A stretch of 64,000 bases of DNA, taken from Nitrospirota bacterium. Lineage in GTDB: Bacteria; Nitrospirota; JACRHJ01. Below, piece after piece: positions 63,550 to 64,000 of this stretch (its first letter is position 1; each line of letters begins with the position of its first letter). Position numbers and translations under genes: made by a program. A model generated the notes under the pieces. It was not told the origin of the DNA, searched no databases, and was given only the letters and a program-made list of their open reading frames with translations. The DNA is taken from the NCBI GenBank assembly GCA_963733375.1, contig CAVTDB010000026.1, forward strand, positions 416,001 through 480,000, written 5' to 3'.

Positions 63550-64000
63550 TATTCTGCACCTGTTCGCGTATTTTCTCCATCTCCGCTTTCATCTCGATTA
63601 CGCGTTTCGCGATTTCAAAATCCGAGGACTTGCTCCCGACAGTGTTCAACTCCCGGTTTATCTCCTGAATGAGGAAGTCCAGCTTCCTGCCTACCGGGCC
63701 GCCTTCGTCCAGCATCTTGTGCAGTTGGGCCAGATGGCTCCTGCCGCGGACGACCTCCTCGGTCACGTCGCACCTGTCCGCCATCAGCGCCGCTTCCTGC
63801 GCCAGCCTTTCCCCATCCAGTTCGATCCCCTGGGCGAGTTTCTCCACTCTCTCCTTGAGCTTCGCCTGGTACTCCTTCACTACCTCCGGGGAGCGTTTCG
63901 CTACTTCGTCCAGACCGAGAGAGATGGTCAACGAGCGGTTCCGGATATCGGCGTCGAGATTTGCCCCCTCTTCCGCCCGCATCCTTTCCAGCGCGTTCAT
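63542..64000 (-). CDS. yicC: YicC/YloC family endoribonuclease, 3' part; truncated by the window
   Basis: GRKLDFLIQEINRELNTVGSK, REQVQNIE. Confidence 0.93.
   Translation of the reverse strand: MNALERMRAEEGANLDADIRNRSLTISLGLDEVAKRSPEVVKEYQAKLKERVEKLAQGIELDGERLAQEAALMADRCDVTEEVVRGRSHLAQLHKMLDEGGPVGRKLDFLIQEINRELNTVGSKSSDFEIAKRVIEMKAEMEKIREQVQNIE

Overview
A gene-dense, mostly housekeeping chromosomal segment from a diderm bacterium (lnt, lolE/lolD, exbBD). Gene order and protein styles suggest a Nitrospirota- or deltaproteobacterial-like lineage; this is inference only. Core loci: lepA, prfB-lysS-lolE-lolD, rimP-nusA-infB-rbfA-truB-rpsO-pnp, dut-mutL-miaA-hfq, aroQ-pepQ-efp-accB-accC-thiE and yicC-gmk-rpoZ-coaBC-metK-ahcY. 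Also present are an ECF Co/Ni transporter, a system II cytochrome c biogenesis pair, copA and an orphan PilB/GspE ATPase. Single-base indels break many essential genes (infB, nusA, gmk, lnt) and look like sequencing or assembly errors; only the prfB +1 frameshift is a genuine programmed one. No tRNA, rRNA, CRISPR array or transposase was seen. The most unusual element is an apparent operon in which a PerR-like regulator is followed by a tandem two-Hfq-domain protein and a third divergent Hfq-like protein, in addition to the normal miaA-linked hfq; this is a candidate heteromeric bacterial Sm/Hfq system. Other leads: an unannotated 33-aa membrane-peptide gene with its own promoter and RBS, leaderless promoters, an MglC-like polarity locus, a nuclease/NTPase/Cys-protein cluster and a palindromic repeat inside mutL.
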